Shown: positions 1 through 11,873 of the stretch, one piece after another
How positions within the stretch are numbered: position 1 is the first letter of the stretch
How the letters are laid out: each line of letters opens with the position of its first letter
Assembly: GCA_016699635.1 (NCBI GenBank)
Contig: CP064983.1
Span: 1,670,985 to 1,734,984 of the forward strand
Direction of reading: 5' to 3'
Origin: Bacteroidota bacterium
GTDB lineage: Bacteria; Bacteroidota; Bacteroidia; AKYH767-A; OLB10
DNA: 64,000 bases
Made by a program: the position numbers and the translations under genes
The notes under the pieces: model-generated
Databases searched by the model: none
What the model was told of the DNA's origin: nothing
Seen by the model: the letters and a program-made list of their open reading frames with translations, nothing else

Positions 1-86
1 AGAATATTATGCAGCGAAAAGTATGTTTTGCGATCGGCTGAAAATAAAATGTTGATAGGAAAGAAGCCGTAAAATCTCACTGATTA

Positions 87-1340
87 TCAGGGAGTGAATT
101 TTTTGAAAATTACAGAGGCATTGTGTCCGCCAAAGCCGAATGTATTGCTCAGCGCTGCTCTGATGTTGCGTTGTTGGGGTTTATGGAAAGTAAAATTCAA
201 CCGTGGATCAAAAGTAGGATCGTCAGTAAAATGGTTGATAGTTGGTGGTACAATATTATTTTGTACTGCTAAAATAGATGCAATTGCTTCAATAGCTCCG
301 GCAGCACCTAACAGGTGTCCTGTCATAGATTTGGTTGAGCTGATGTTCAGCTTAAATGCATCGTCACCAAAAAGTTTTAGTATGGCTTTAATCTCACTTG
401 GGTCTCCCACAGGTGTGCTTGTACCATGAACATTAATGTAGTCAATGTCGGCAGAGGTCATTCCTGCATCGTCAAGCGAAGATTTCATTACGTTAAAAGC
501 ACCAAGACCTTCAGGATGTGTTGCTGTAAGATGATAAGCATCGGCACTCATGCCACCGCCAACCATTTCAGCATAAATTTTTGCTCCGCGAGCCTGTGCA
601 TGACTAAGCTCTTCAAGAACAATACAACCTGCACCTTCACCAAGCACAAATCCATCACGATCTAAATCAAAAGGACGTGAGGCAGTTTGTGGTGAGTCGT
701 TTCTCTCGCTAAGTGCATGCATGGCATTGAAACCTCCAATGCCTGCTTCGTTAACAGAAGCTTCAGAGCCACCTGAAATAATAATATCGGCTTTGCCTAA
801 ACGCAGATAAGTAAATGCATCTATGAGTGCATTGGTTGATGATGCACATGCAGAAACCGTTGTGTAGTTAGGGCCACGATAGCCAAAACGCATAGAGATA
901 TGTCCCGATGCAATGTCGGCAATCATTTTAGGAATGAAAAAGGGTTGAAACGTGGTGTTCCATCACCTTTAGCGCAGAGGCAATAACCTCGTCAAGAAAA
1001 GTACGAAGTCCGCCTATACCCGATCCCCAGATAACACCTACTCTGTCATGATTAATGTTGGCGGTATCTAAGCCCGCATCTTTTACTCCTGATCGGAAAC
1101 AACAATAGCATATTGCGAAAACAGGTCAAGCTTGCGTGCTTCTTTTTTCTCTAAATAAACAAGCGGGTCAAAATTTTTAACCTCGCAGGCAAAGTGTGTT
1201 TTAAACTTTGAAGCGTCAAACTTTGTAATCTGACAAGCACCGCTTACACCGTTGAGTAAACCGTCCCAGTATTCTGAAACAGAGTTACCTAATGGTGTAA
1301 GGGCACCTAATCCCGTTACTACAACTCTCTTGAGCTCCAT
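87..1340 (-). CDS. fabF: beta-ketoacyl-ACP synthase II (FabF). N-terminal ORF 1083..1340 and C-terminal ORF 87..926 are separated by a frameshifted stretch at 927..1082.
   Basis: N-terminus [19 protein letters not shown] and C-terminal part ...HGTSTPVGD...GHLLGAAGA... are typical KAS II. The gap still encodes FabF-like residues out of frame. Confidence 0.85.
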
Positions 1341-1351
1341 GTAAGGGACGC

Positions 1352-1589
1352 TTATTTTACGTTAGCAGTAATATAATCTACAGCTTGTCCTACGGTTGAG
1401 ATTTTCTCGGCCTGATCATCCGGAATAGCAATGTTAAACTCTTTTTCAAATTCCATAATCAGTTCAACTGTGTCGAGCGAATCAGCTCCTAAATCGTTTG
1501 TAAATGACGCTTCATTAGTTACTTCACCTTCGTCAACACCTAGTTTTGTCAACAATAATGGCTTTTACTCTGGATGCAATGTCTGACAT
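1352..1589 (-). CDS. acpP: acyl carrier protein. The ATG at 1589 gives [15 protein letters not shown], then a 1-nt insertion in an A-run near 1550 shifts into the frame encoding [33 protein letters not shown]...
   Basis: Conserved ACP motif [12 protein letters not shown]. The position downstream of fabF is canonical. Confidence 0.85.
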
Positions 1590-1785
1590 TTTTATATAAA
1601 GTTTTGAATTAGAGCGCAAATTAAATGGTTTTGTAACTGATTTTCAAAAATATTTTCCCCAACATAATTAATTGTTCTTGGTTGAATCAGAGGCACATAC
1701 ACACTTATCTGGCAGGTAACAATTTTTTAACTTTTCAAATCAGGGTACTAAAACCTTCTAATTCCTATGATTTGCCTTACCTCTT

Positions 1786-2739
1786 CTATCGTTTTTTGCG
1801 CACTTGCCTTGGCTTTTTCGCGTCCAAGATGAACCACTTTTTTACATAATCGTGGTTTTTTTCAATGTCAATGATTTTTTGGGTTATGGGAGCCATAAAA
1901 GTCACCATGTCTTCGGCAAGCTGCTTTTTCAGATCACCGTAGCGGATGGTGCAGTTATTATATGCAGTTTCAAAATGACTTATTGTATCAGGTGATGAAA
2001 CCAATTTTATCAGATTGAAAAGATTTTCTATTGCCTCGGGCTTAGCCGAGTTAGGCTCTGTAGGGCCGCTGTCAGTTACAGCACGCATTATCTTTTTTCT
2101 GATGGTGGCTGCATCATCTTTCAGAAACAAGGCATTACCTTCACTTTCAGACTTACCCATTTTTCCTGCGCCATCAAGCCCGGGAACTTTTACCAATGTT
2201 TTCCCAAAGTTAAATGCCATAGGCTCACCAAAATATTCTGTCTTATATAAGCGGTTAAAACGATTTCCGAATGTGCGGCTCATTTCAAGATGCTGCTCCT
2301 GGTCTTTGCCAACAGGAACCTTTGTTGCCTTGTGAATTAATATATCGGCAGCCATTAAAACAGGATAAGTCAATAGTCCGGCATTAATATTATCAGGATG
2401 TTTTCTTATTTTTTCTTTGAATGATGTTACTCTTTCCAACTCACCTACATAAGCATTCATATTCAACAGCAGATAGAGCTCTGCAGTTTCCGGCAAATCG
2501 CTTTGTATGTACATGGTGCAAACTTCCGGATCTAAACCACAGGCAAGATATTCAACCAATGCTGCCTTTACATTTTGCTGAAGATTTTCAGGTGTAGGAT
2601 GTGTGGTGAGCGAGTGATAATCGGCAATAAAGAAAAAGCAGCAGTATTCATGCTGCATGGCTGTAAAATTTTTGTGCACCAAAATAATTACCTAAGTGCA
2701 GGTTTCCTGTTGATCTTATTCACTTACTACTGTATCCAT
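1786..2739 (-). CDS. trpS: tryptophan--tRNA ligase. The N-terminal ~20 codons (MDTVVS..STGNLHLGNYFGA) are spread over three frames at 2683..2739.
   Basis: FFIADYHSLTT, the HIGH-like motif TGNLHLGNY and the KMSKS-like GKMGKS are seen in translation. Confidence 0.85.
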
Positions 2740-2833
2740 AGGCGCAAAAATAGATTAATTGTATTAACAGGTTTTTATTTTAGCATAACAGCAAAGAATT
2801 ATTATTTAATTTGGGTTATAAATATTGATTGTA

Positions 2834-4103
2834 ATGATACCATTAGCAGAGCGCATGCGGCCAAAATCGCTGAATGAATACATTGGTCAGGAACACCTCA
2901 CTCAGGCAGGAGCAGTTCTTGCAAAAGCCATTGAGAAAAATACCATTCCCAGTATGATTTTATGGGGGCCACCGGGTGTGGGCAAAACAACACTGGCTTT
3001 TATATTGGCTAACTCTTTAAGCAGGCAGTTTTATCATCTGAGTGCAATAAACAGTGGTGTTAAAGAAGTGCGGGCAGTAATTGAAACTGCAAGGCAACAT
3101 TTTGAAACAGTACAACAGCCATCAATTTTATTTATTGATGAAATACACCGTTTTAGCAAATCGCAGCAGGATTCTTTACTTGGCGCTGTAGAGAAAGGAA
3201 TTATTACACTGGTTGGAGCAACAACAGAAAATCCATCGTTTGAAGTAATCTCACCCTTGCTATCGCGCTGCCAGGTTTATATTTTAAAAGCCCTCACTGC
3301 AGAACATCTCAGGACTATTTTACATGCTGCATTAACAAACGATGCAGTACTTAAAGAACATAAAGTTACTATTAAAGAAGATGATGCTTTACTGCGTTTC
3401 AGTGGTGGCGATGCCAGAAAACTTCTTAATCTGCTCGAATTGGTCATTCAGGTAAATCAACAAAACGAAATTTGTATTGACAATAAAATGGTAGAGCAAA
3501 CCATTCATCAGAAGATGGCGCTTTATGATAAAACAGGAGAACAACATTATGATTTGATTTCAGCATTTATAAAAAGCCTTAGAGGTAGCGACCCCAATGC
3601 AGCAGTTTACTGGCTGTAAGGATGATTCATGGTGGCGAAGATCCGTTGTTTATTGCAAGGCGAATGCTCATTCTTGCATCGGAAGATATTGGTAATGCAA
3701 ACCCTAATGCTTTGCTTATTGCCAATCAATGTTTTGATGCAGCACATAAAATTGGTTTTCCTGAATGTAGAATCATTTTGTCGCAGGCTGCAATTTATCA
3801 GCCTGTTCGCCAAAAAGCAATTCAAGTTATATGGCCATTGAAGAAGCTTTGGAATTGGTTGCCAAAACAGGCGACCTGCCTGTACCACTGCATCTACGAA
3901 ATGCACCTACAAACCTGATGAAAGAAATTGGTTATGGAAAAGATTATGCTTATGCACATAGTTATGAAAATAATTTTGTGAAATTAAATTATCTGCCCGA
4001 CCAATTAAAAGGCAAGAAAATTTATTCACCAGGGAAAAATATTCGCGAAGCAGAGTTTCAGCAATTTTTAAAAATACGGTGGGAGAATGAATATGATTAC
4101 TGA
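2834..4103 (+). CDS. rarA: replication-associated recombination protein A (AAA+ ATPase RarA/MgsA). It is split over three frames (2825..3619, 3622..3918, 3831..4103).
   Basis: Walker A GPPGVGKTT is present. The C-terminal pieces are collinear with RarA (..ILASEDIGNANP.., ..YAYAHSYENNF..). Confidence 0.85.
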
Positions 4104-4197
4104 CAAAAAATAAATTGTTTAATAAAAGTTAAAATGTATGACATTTAAAATATCTTTGTTTAAATCCGTTTAAAAGAAAAATAACCAACATCATTTC

Positions 4198-5532
4198 ATG
4201 GAAAATACTTCACACTCTTTTTTCGACCGACTCAATCAATGGATAAAAAATTCTGTCATGGTGAAACTCCTCAGCATGGCAATTTTGATTTTATTATTAC
4301 TTATACCATCAGAAATGGTGCAAAGTCTGATTAACGAAAGACAACAAACACATGACAGTGCATTAGACGAAATTTCATCAAAGTGGGGATTTGAGCAGCA
4401 CCTCAGCGGGCCTGTGATTAATGTACCTTACCAAAGTTTTTTTGTTGATGCCGATGGAAAAAGAAAATCTCAAATTCAATATGCACATTTTTTGCCTGAA
4501 GAATTAAAAATTGCAGGAACGCTTGAGCCTGAAATGCGTCATCGCGGCATTTACGAAGCTGTAGTGTATAAGTCAGATGTTTCGTTAAAAGGATATTTTC
4601 GTTTTCCTTATTTTTCTGAATGGAATATTGCCCCATCAGATATTATGTGGAAAGAGACTACGCTGTCTTTAGGCATTTCTGATTTGCGCGGAATCAAACA
4701 ACGTCTAACCATCAACCTGAATGGAAATTCTATTGAGTTTAATCCGGGAGTAGAAAATAATGATGTGCATGAATCGGGTGTAAGCATACGTTTACCAATA
4801 GCCGATTCGCTCAATAAACCGGATTTTAAATTTGATATGTCTTTTAAGCTCAACGGCAGCAAGGAAATGTATTTTATGCCTTTGGGAAAAGAGACTACTG
4901 TTAACATTAAATCGGACTGGACTAATCCGAGTTTTGATGGCGCATTTCTGCCCGACACACATCACATCAGCGATAAAGGCTTTGATGCAGAGTGGAAAAT
5001 ATTTCACCTTAACAGAAACTACGGACAAAAATTCAGAGGAGCGCCAACAGGATTGCAAGAATCTTCTTTTGGTGTTAAGCTGCTTATTCCTGTTGACAAT
5101 TATCAGAAAACTTACCGCTCTGCCAAGTATGCTATATTGCTAATTACTTTATCGTTTACACTTTTCTTCTTTATTGAAGTGCTAAACAGAAAACGTATTC
5201 ATCCGTTTCAGTACATTTTAGTTGGTGTTGCTTTATGTTTGTTTTATACTTTGTTGTTGTCTGTATCGGAATATATTAGTTTCAATTTATCATATCTGTT
5301 ATCTGCTGCTGCTATTATTTTACTCATCAGCCTATATGCAAAAACAATATTCAACAACCTGCGCTTAGCTCTGTTGTTTAGTCTGGTGCTGATAATTCTG
5401 TATGTATTTGTGTTTTCAATCATTCAGTTACAGGACTATGCATTGCTGCTCGGAAGTATAGGTTTGTTTATCGTGCTTGCATTGGTAATGTACTTGTCGC
5501 GGAAAATCAACTGGTATGGTTCAGAAAAATAA
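4198..5532 (+). CDS. creD: cell envelope integrity inner-membrane protein CreD
   Basis: One N-terminal TM segment, a large periplasmic domain, then 4-5 C-terminal TM segments. This is the typical CreD family layout. A TATCTTTG promoter motif lies at 4151..4158. Confidence 0.75.
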   Translation: MENTSHSFFDRLNQWIKNSVMVKLLSMAILILLLLIPSEMVQSLINERQQTHDSALDEISSKWGFEQHLSGPVINVPYQSFFVDADGKRKSQIQYAHFLPEELKIAGTLEPEMRHRGIYEAVVYKSDVSLKGYFRFPYFSEWNIAPSDIMWKETTLSLGISDLRGIKQRLTINLNGNSIEFNPGVENNDVHESGVSIRLPIADSLNKPDFKFDMSFKLNGSKEMYFMPLGKETTVNIKSDWTNPSFDGAFLPDTHHISDKGFDAEWKIFHLNRNYGQKFRGAPTGLQESSFGVKLLIPVDNYQKTYRSAKYAILLITLSFTLFFFIEVLNRKRIHPFQYILVGVALCLFYTLLLSVSEYISFNLSYLLSAAAIILLISLYAKTIFNNLRLALLFSLVLIILYVFVFSIIQLQDYALLLGSIGLFIVLALVMYLSRKINWYGSEK

Positions 5533-5893
5533 GGGAGATCATTATCAGCTTGGTCGCGAAGGCGAAAACATGGCAGTTGAATATTTAATTGCCAATGGCT
5601 ATAAGATTGTAGAACGCAACTGGCGTTTTGGAAAATTGGAGATTGATATTATAGCCTCTAAAGGCAACCTGTTGTGCATTGTCGAAGTAAAGACTAGAAC
5701 GGGAGATTATTTTGGAGAGCCCGAAGAAGGTGTTACCAAAGCTAAAGAACGTTTTCTGGCAACGGCTGCCGACCACTACATCATTTCAAAAAATTTAGAT
5801 GTGGAGGTGCGCTATGATATTGTTTCCATTGTAATTTACAATGGCCGTCATGAATTGAAATTTATTGAAGATGCTTTTTATCCTTACTCCTGA
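5516..5893 (+). CDS. YraN family endonuclease (UPF0102)
   Basis: N-terminal GxxGExxAxxYLxxxGYKIxxRNWR motif and an overall length of ~120 aa. Confidence 0.8.
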   Translation: MVQKNKGDHYQLGREGENMAVEYLIANGYKIVERNWRFGKLEIDIIASKGNLLCIVEVKTRTGDYFGEPEEGVTKAKERFLATAADHYIISKNLDVEVRYDIVSIVIYNGRHELKFIEDAFYPYS

Positions 5894-5894
5894 A

Positions 5895-6519
5895 TTATTG
5901 CAGAAGTGTAATTTTATTTCGTCCCAGTTCCACGCGACCATCAACCTCTAGTTGTTTCAACAAACGCGAAACAACTACACGTGCAGTGCCCAACTCATTG
6001 GCTAATTGTTCATGAGTAACGGTAATGGTTTTTGACTTAGAAAGTTCAACTTTTTTCTGAAGTAATAAAATCAAGCGTTCATCAATTTTTTTGAAAGCTA
6101 CTGCATTCACTACTTCAAGAAGCTCTTCAAAGCGTTTGTGATACAGTCTGAAAATAAAGTCAAGCCAGTCGTCATGTTCGCGAATGAGTGTGATTACCTT
6201 GTCAACGGGAACAAATAAAATTTCTGTTTCATCTTCGGCAACAGCTCTCACCTTGCTTGTGTCCTGATGTATGCCACCCAGAAAAGACATGATGCAACTT
6301 TCGCCACTTTTAATATAGTAAAGTAAAATCTCTTTTCCTTCGTCATCATTACGCATCACTCTGATGGAGCCGCTGAGAACAATAGGAATAGAACGGATGT
6401 AGGCATTTTCGTTTAATATTACATCTCCGGCATTAAATTTTTAGTTGTTCCATACGAAATTAGTTTTTCGCGAAGTGCGGGTGACGATTTAAATTCAAGC
6501 GATTCAGTAATATTTTCCA
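5895..6519 (-). CDS. Crp/Fnr family transcriptional regulator. The N-terminal ~55 codons at 6360..6519 are in another frame. The frameshift is in an A-run near 6440.
   Basis: C-terminal HTH (TVTHEQLANELGTARVVVSRLLKQLE) and a cNMP-binding-like N-terminus. Confidence 0.75.
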
Positions 6520-6552
6520 TACAGCAAAAGTAAACAATGTTGTTGCAACAAT

Positions 6553-6885
6553 TCAGCCTTCAATAAACAAGTATAAACCAATCAGAACAACCAACACTGC
6601 GCCTGGTGTGAGTCCATAGAGTGCAAAATCGAATAAAAAAGGTATTGGATTAACTATAGAAAGTAAACAGCCTATAAAACCCATAAAGGCACCTGCAGCC
6701 ATCAGATAAATACCCTTGGTTTGGCGTTTTATACAACACAACTTTTTAAACAACTCTGACGATTTTGTATCGGCATCAGCAATATTGTGTGATGAAAGCA
6801 CCTTTTTTACCTCATCGGCAGAAGTGCAATGTGTAATGAGTCGGAGAAAATCATTATCTGTGTAAAGAGGTTGGCTGCTTGTCAT
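6553..6885 (-). CDS. hypothetical small membrane protein (two C-terminal TM helices)
   Basis: ORF with hydrophobic C-terminal segments. No family recognised. Confidence 0.4.
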   Translation of the reverse strand: MTSSQPLYTDNDFLRLITHCTSADEVKKVLSSHNIADADTKSSELFKKLCCIKRQTKGIYLMAAGAFMGFIGCLLSIVNPIPFLFDFALYGLTPGAVLVVLIGLYLFIEG

Positions 6886-6959
6886 ATTTGCGTTAGTGTT
6901 TAATGATGATAAATGCTATGGTAAGGGAAAATCAAAAATAATTAAAATATGTCAAAAAA

Positions 6960-7958
6960 ATGCAGTTGGTTTTAAAAAAAGTCTTTACTTTGTTATCAAT
7001 TACAAAAACCATTATTATGAAAAGAACAATTACCCCACTTGTTGCGCTTTGCATGATGGCAGCAACATCGTTTGCACAAACAACCATTGTATTACAACCC
7101 GGACCTGCCGATGGCAAGGATGCAGAAATTTTCAGTTGTGTAAGCTGCGGATATGCCGGCAACAACTATGGTACAAAACGCGACCTGAATGCTATTGCCT
7201 GGACAAAGAGCGGCAACAACTCCAATGTGCGTTCGCTTATTCAGTTTGATTTAAGTGCTATTCCTTCCAATGCATTTATCAATAGTGCAACACTATCTCT
7301 TTATTTTAATCCAACCTCAGAAGAAGGCAAACACTATTGTTATCCACACAGTAATTCAAGTTATTTGGAACGCATCACCTCCAATTGGAGCGAAACAACT
7401 GTGACATGGAACAATCAGCCATCAACCACAACACAAAACAGGGTTTCTTTAGGGGGCACCACATCTTCAACACAAAGTTTTACAAATATTAATGTAAGGC
7501 AGCTTATTATTGATTCGAGAAACAATCCTTCAACTAGCTTTGGATTTATGCTCAGACTTCAGCAAGAACATAAATTTAAAAAATTGATTTTTGCTTCGAG
7601 TGATAACACTACAGCAGCCATCAGACCCAAACTAACTATTACCTACACAGTGCCTGCAGTGGTAAGTAGTGGTCATTCAATGGCGCGATTGGATGAAGGA
7701 CAAACTTTTGCATCAATAAGTGTTTTTCCAAATCCTGTTTCCGGAATAGCAACTCTTCAACTTCCTGACGATGCCGGAAACGGTGCTGTTAAAATTGAAA
7801 CCTTCAATATGCTTGGCAAACTTTGTAACAGAATAGAAACTTATGTGAATGCAGATGGAGTTATAAATTTTGATGCATCGGCACTACCACAAGGTGTTTA
7901 TGTTGTGAAAGTTTTTTGCAACGAAAAAGTTTATACGCAACGCATAGTAATAAAATAA
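6960..7958 (+). CDS. secreted DNRLRE-domain protein with a T9SS type A C-terminal sorting domain. The likely start is MKRTITPLVAL at ~7018.
   Basis: Signal peptide, TWNNQP-containing DNRLRE-like domain, and a C-terminal VFPNPVSG....GVYVVKV...RIVIK sorting domain. Confidence 0.75.
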   Translation: MQLVLKKVFTLLSITKTIIMKRTITPLVALCMMAATSFAQTTIVLQPGPADGKDAEIFSCVSCGYAGNNYGTKRDLNAIAWTKSGNNSNVRSLIQFDLSAIPSNAFINSATLSLYFNPTSEEGKHYCYPHSNSSYLERITSNWSETTVTWNNQPSTTTQNRVSLGGTTSSTQSFTNINVRQLIIDSRNNPSTSFGFMLRLQQEHKFKKLIFASSDNTTAAIRPKLTITYTVPAVVSSGHSMARLDEGQTFASISVFPNPVSGIATLQLPDDAGNGAVKIETFNMLGKLCNRIETYVNADGVINFDASALPQGVYVVKVFCNEKVYTQRIVIK

Positions 7959-8129
7959 TTCTGTAATTTTTTCAGGTATTTCTGTTTCTATTCATATAAC
8001 AGCGGTTTTCACTAATGAGAGTTAAGTGATTTGCCATGGGTGAAAACATAAATAAATCATTTTCGGACACCCTAACATAGCCTGTTTTTTTGTTTCTTTG
8101 GCAAGAGAAAAAACCAGGCATTTCTATCT

Positions 8130-8909
8130 ATGTCATCAGAAAGTTTTGAAGTTAAGTTACCAGCCTTTGAAGGGCCGTTTGATTTGTTGTTGTTTTTTAT
8201 TGAACGCGATGAGTTGGATATTCACAACATACCTATTTCTAAAATCACAGAAGATTTTCTGAACTACATTCATAATCTTAATGCTTTAAACATTGAGGTG
8301 GCTGCAGAGTTTATTTTGGTTGCCAGTACGTTAATGCGCATAAAGGCAAAACTATTGCTACCCCGACCGCAGATTGATGAACAGGGTAATGAAATTGACC
8401 CACGACATGATTTGGTGCAGCAGTTACTCGAGTATAAAAAGTATAAAGCCGCTGCAGAAGAATTCCGTTTTATGGAAGAAGAACGTGCCATGAAGTTTGT
8501 GCGTGGTAATTTGGCTAAGGAGGCGGCTAAAATTGCTGTTGTTGCAGACAGTGGCGGATTCAGCAGTGAGTTGCATCAGCTGACGATGTATAAACTTATT
8601 GCAGCTTATCAGCGTGTGTTGCAAAGATTCGAACTTTCGCAACTCGACCTGCGCCATACAGTAGTGCAATATCCTTTTACATTAGAATCGGAAAAAGAAA
8701 GTATCATCAAGAAAATTAGTGTTAAAGCTAGTGTAAGTTTTGAAGAACTGTTTGAGAGCTGTACCAGCAAAATACATGCAGTTTTTATTTTTCTTGCCTT
8801 GCTCGATTTGTTGCAGATACATGAAGTAAGTATCAACGTTGGCGAAGGGTTCAACAATTTTGTACTGCAGAAACCACAGGATCTGTTTACTCATGCAGAT
8901 AGAGAGTAA
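8130..8909 (+). CDS. scpA: segregation and condensation protein A
   Basis: N-terminus FEGPFDLLLFFIERDELDIHNIPISKITEDFL is characteristic of ScpA. Confidence 0.85.
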   Translation: MSSESFEVKLPAFEGPFDLLLFFIERDELDIHNIPISKITEDFLNYIHNLNALNIEVAAEFILVASTLMRIKAKLLLPRPQIDEQGNEIDPRHDLVQQLLEYKKYKAAAEEFRFMEEERAMKFVRGNLAKEAAKIAVVADSGGFSSELHQLTMYKLIAAYQRVLQRFELSQLDLRHTVVQYPFTLESEKESIIKKISVKASVSFEELFESCTSKIHAVFIFLALLDLLQIHEVSINVGEGFNNFVLQKPQDLFTHADRE

Positions 8910-9954
8910 AGATGTTCTGCGCAGGCTGAATCCAACAAAAATAATTTGGCCAATGCTCATTGGTCTGTCAGTGGCAGGTTGGTTGTTTTATGATAATTAC
9001 GATGGCAAAGTTTTTTCGCAAATTGACTGGACATGGCATAGCACCTTCTGGATGATTCTTGCAGGCTTTTCTGTATTTGTGCGCGATTTGGCGTACATGA
9101 TTCGCATTCGGGTACTTACAGATAATGAACTTACATGGTACAGAAGTTTTATTGTAATTATGCTATGGGAGTTTTCTTCTGCCTTAGCACCGGGAATAAT
9201 AGGTGGCGGATTTTTATTTGCTATTTTTATTCTCAACCGCGAAGGAATAAACCTCGGTAAGAGTATTACCACCATAACCTTTACCTCTTTTCTTGATGGT
9301 GTTTTCTTAGCTGTGATGGCACCGGTAGTTTATTTGCTGGTAGGTAAGGACGCTTTATTTTCAGGCGTAAATGTGGGGCAAACATCATTGGGTACAAGCA
9401 TTTTTTATTCTTTCTGGGTAGTATATTTTATCATTCTTGCCTATAAACTTTTTATTGCTTATGCACTTTTTGTAAATCCATATCTGATTAAAAAAATATT
9501 AACGGGCATCTGTTCTTTTCCGGTCTTGAAACGATTTAGAAAAGGTGCAGTTGAAACAGGCGATCAACTTATCATTGCCTCAAACGGGTTGAAAGATAAA
9601 AATCTGAAATACTGGATGCTTTCATTACTGGCAACGTTTGCTTCGTGGACAGCAAGATATTCTATTGTAAATTGTCTGATTCATGCATTTCACGGGCAGA
9701 CCGCATTGTCTGATTTGATTGTTTATGGTAAGCAGGTAATTATGGGAATAATAATTTTACTTAGCCCCACACCTGGTGGCAGTGGCATTGCCGAACTGAT
9801 GTTTACCGATTTTCTTGGTGAGTTTATTCACAAGGGACTGGCACCTACATTAGGAATTTTATGGCGGTTGATAAGTTATTATCCTTACCTTATTGTTGGT
9901 GCACTAATTTTGCCACGTTGGATTAGAGAGCGTATTGTAAAAAAAATATTTTAG
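8893..9954 (+). CDS. flippase-like / lysylphosphatidylglycerol-synthase TM-region family membrane protein (UPF0104)
   Basis: Multi-pass membrane protein with the UPF0104-like motif ..PGGSGIAELMF... It overlaps the scpA end. Confidence 0.65.
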   Translation: MQIESKDVLRRLNPTKIIWPMLIGLSVAGWLFYDNYDGKVFSQIDWTWHSTFWMILAGFSVFVRDLAYMIRIRVLTDNELTWYRSFIVIMLWEFSSALAPGIIGGGFLFAIFILNREGINLGKSITTITFTSFLDGVFLAVMAPVVYLLVGKDALFSGVNVGQTSLGTSIFYSFWVVYFIILAYKLFIAYALFVNPYLIKKILTGICSFPVLKRFRKGAVETGDQLIIASNGLKDKNLKYWMLSLLATFASWTARYSIVNCLIHAFHGQTALSDLIVYGKQVIMGIIILLSPTPGGSGIAELMFTDFLGEFIHKGLAPTLGILWRLISYYPYLIVGALILPRWIRERIVKKIF

Positions 9955-9958
9955 GGTT

Positions 9959-10163
9959 ATGAGTAATAAGCGAAGAATTTTTCTGATTGTCATTTCAGTA
10001 ACTATTGGAATGGGTCTTTCCGTCATCATTTTTTTAATGAAAAATAAAGGAAAAGCATTAAGCGATATGGACTATCTTTGGTTAGGAACCAATCTGTTTT
10101 TTTTCATTGCTGATTGTTGGCGGCATAGGACTTTATTTTATGAAAAAGAAGGACAATGATCTG
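9959..10163 (+). CDS. hypothetical small membrane protein. The C-terminus is probably frameshifted in an 8-T run near 10100. The alternative frame gives a second TM helix.
   Basis: N-terminal TM helix. After the T8 run the other frame reads SLLIVGGIGLYFMKKKDNDLMK. Confidence 0.35.
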
Positions 10164-10207
10164 ATGAAATAAGAAAATTTTAGTTAAGTAATTTAAAAAT
10201 CAAAACA

Positions 10208-10999
10208 ATGAGAAAGCAAACTTTAGTAGTAGCATTAACAATAGTTTTTGGCTTGATGACATTTGCAGTGCAAGCACACAATGAAGGCAAACAGGTTACT
10301 TACCAAGCGGGCAACACCAATTGTAAAGGTTATGTTGCCTATAATGCACACATTCCAAAAATGCCTGTTGTATTAGTCATACCTGAATGGTGGGGTTGTA
10401 ATGAATATGCTAAGATGCGTGCCGACATGCTTGCTTCTATGGGATATTTTGCTTTTGCCGTTGACATGTATGGTGATGGCTATATTGCACCTACACCAAA
10501 AGAAGCAGGTGAGCAAGCTTCAAAATTTTATACCGATAATGCTTTGGCTATGGAGCGCATTAACGCTGCAATTCAAAAACTAAAAGATTTTCCTATGGCC
10601 GATGTTGAGAATATGGCCATTATAGGATATTGTTTTGGAGGCAGTATGGCACTTAATGCAGCACGTGCTAATTTACCTGTAAAGGCAGTTGTAAGTTTTC
10701 ATGGTGGATTAAAGGGCATTGCCAATCCGGCAGAGATAAAACCAAAAATATTAATCTGTCATGGTGGCAGCGACAACTTTGTTTCTGCAGAAGAAGTGAC
10801 TGCTTTTAAAGCTGAGATGGATAAAGTAAAAGCAAGTTACAGATTTATTGACTACCCGGGTGCAACGCATGCATTCACCAATCCTGAAGCTACTGCAGTT
10901 GGAAAAAAGTTTGATATGCCAATTAGTTATAATGCCGAAGCAGATAAAAAATCATGGTTGGATATGAAAGCCTTTCTTGCAGAGCATCTGAAAAAATAA
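10208..10999 (+). CDS. dienelactone hydrolase family protein (secreted)
   Basis: Signal peptide, nucleophile elbow GYCFGG, and DLH-like length and motifs. Confidence 0.8.
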   Translation: MRKQTLVVALTIVFGLMTFAVQAHNEGKQVTYQAGNTNCKGYVAYNAHIPKMPVVLVIPEWWGCNEYAKMRADMLASMGYFAFAVDMYGDGYIAPTPKEAGEQASKFYTDNALAMERINAAIQKLKDFPMADVENMAIIGYCFGGSMALNAARANLPVKAVVSFHGGLKGIANPAEIKPKILICHGGSDNFVSAEEVTAFKAEMDKVKASYRFIDYPGATHAFTNPEATAVGKKFDMPISYNAEADKKSWLDMKAFLAEHLKK

Positions 11000-11000
11000 A

Positions 11001-11796
11001 TTATTGCTTTGAAGCACTTAATGCATATACAAGAGGCAATTTGTTTTCCATGCCTTTTATCATAAAGTGATTTTTACTTACTTCAACCATGTTGTTTAAA
11101 CAGTTGTAGGGAGAATAATCAAACTCATTAAAAGATTCAATTCTTAATCCGCTGTTTAATAGACTACTCATTACCTCACTCAGACTGTGATTCCAGGTAA
11201 CTGATGTAGTAGTGATTTTTGCTTGTTTATCGGCATAGGTTCCTTCATCAGTTTCAATAATGGGAGCACTTTTAAAATAACTGTACTGTACATATTTAAA
11301 ATCATTATCAAACATCCAAACAGCAGGATGAAATTCTGCCATGACAAACACACCTCCTGGTTTAAGAAAAGATGAAATAATATCAGCCCATTTTTGCATA
11401 TCAGGCAGCCAGCCGATGACACCATAAGAAGTAAAAACAATATCAAACTTCTGATCCAAAACAGTATTTAAACTATACACATCACTGCATACAAATTTGC
11501 AACCCGTTCCTGATTTTTTATTCAATTCTATAGCTGTTTCAATTGCTTTTTCAGAAAAATCAACAGCAGTAACTTGCGCACCCAAACGTGCTAAAGAAAT
11601 GCTGTCCTGCCCAAAATGACATTGCAAATGCAGAATTGTTTTACCTTTAACATCACCAAGCAGATTGAGTTCAATTTCATTCAAAGAATTTTTCCTTTAA
11701 GAAATGTCTCGTTATCATAAAATGCAGAATCTACATGAACATTTGTGCGTTCATTCCAGAGTTTTTTGTTCAAATCTAAATAATCCATAATGTAAA
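11001..11796 (-). CDS. class I SAM-dependent methyltransferase. The N-terminal ~35 codons are shifted at an A-run near 11690.
   Basis: SAM-binding motif LHLQCHFGQDS and ..VFTSYGVIGWLPD... The N-terminus MDYLDLNKKLWNERTNVHVDSAFYD is in the adjacent frame. Confidence 0.75.
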
Positions 11797-11873
11797 AATA
11801 GATGTTCGGCACAAATACCGGAATATTGTTCAATACATCTTATCTTTGCTCTGTAAATTAATCGGAAGAGATT

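Noticed and set aside
94-665. Plus-strand ORFs 94..429 and 426..665 overlap fabF. Similar antisense or overlapping ORFs lie inside trpS, rarA, creD, scpA, katG, secDF, dnaE2, ugd and uxs. Examples are 1804..1995, 3607..3906, 4418..5143, 8270..8960, 44768..46888 and 55541..56113.
   Set aside because: They are embedded in, or antisense to, well-supported conserved genes. They have low-complexity or hydrophobic nonsense translations and no recognisable families. They are spurious six-frame ORFs.
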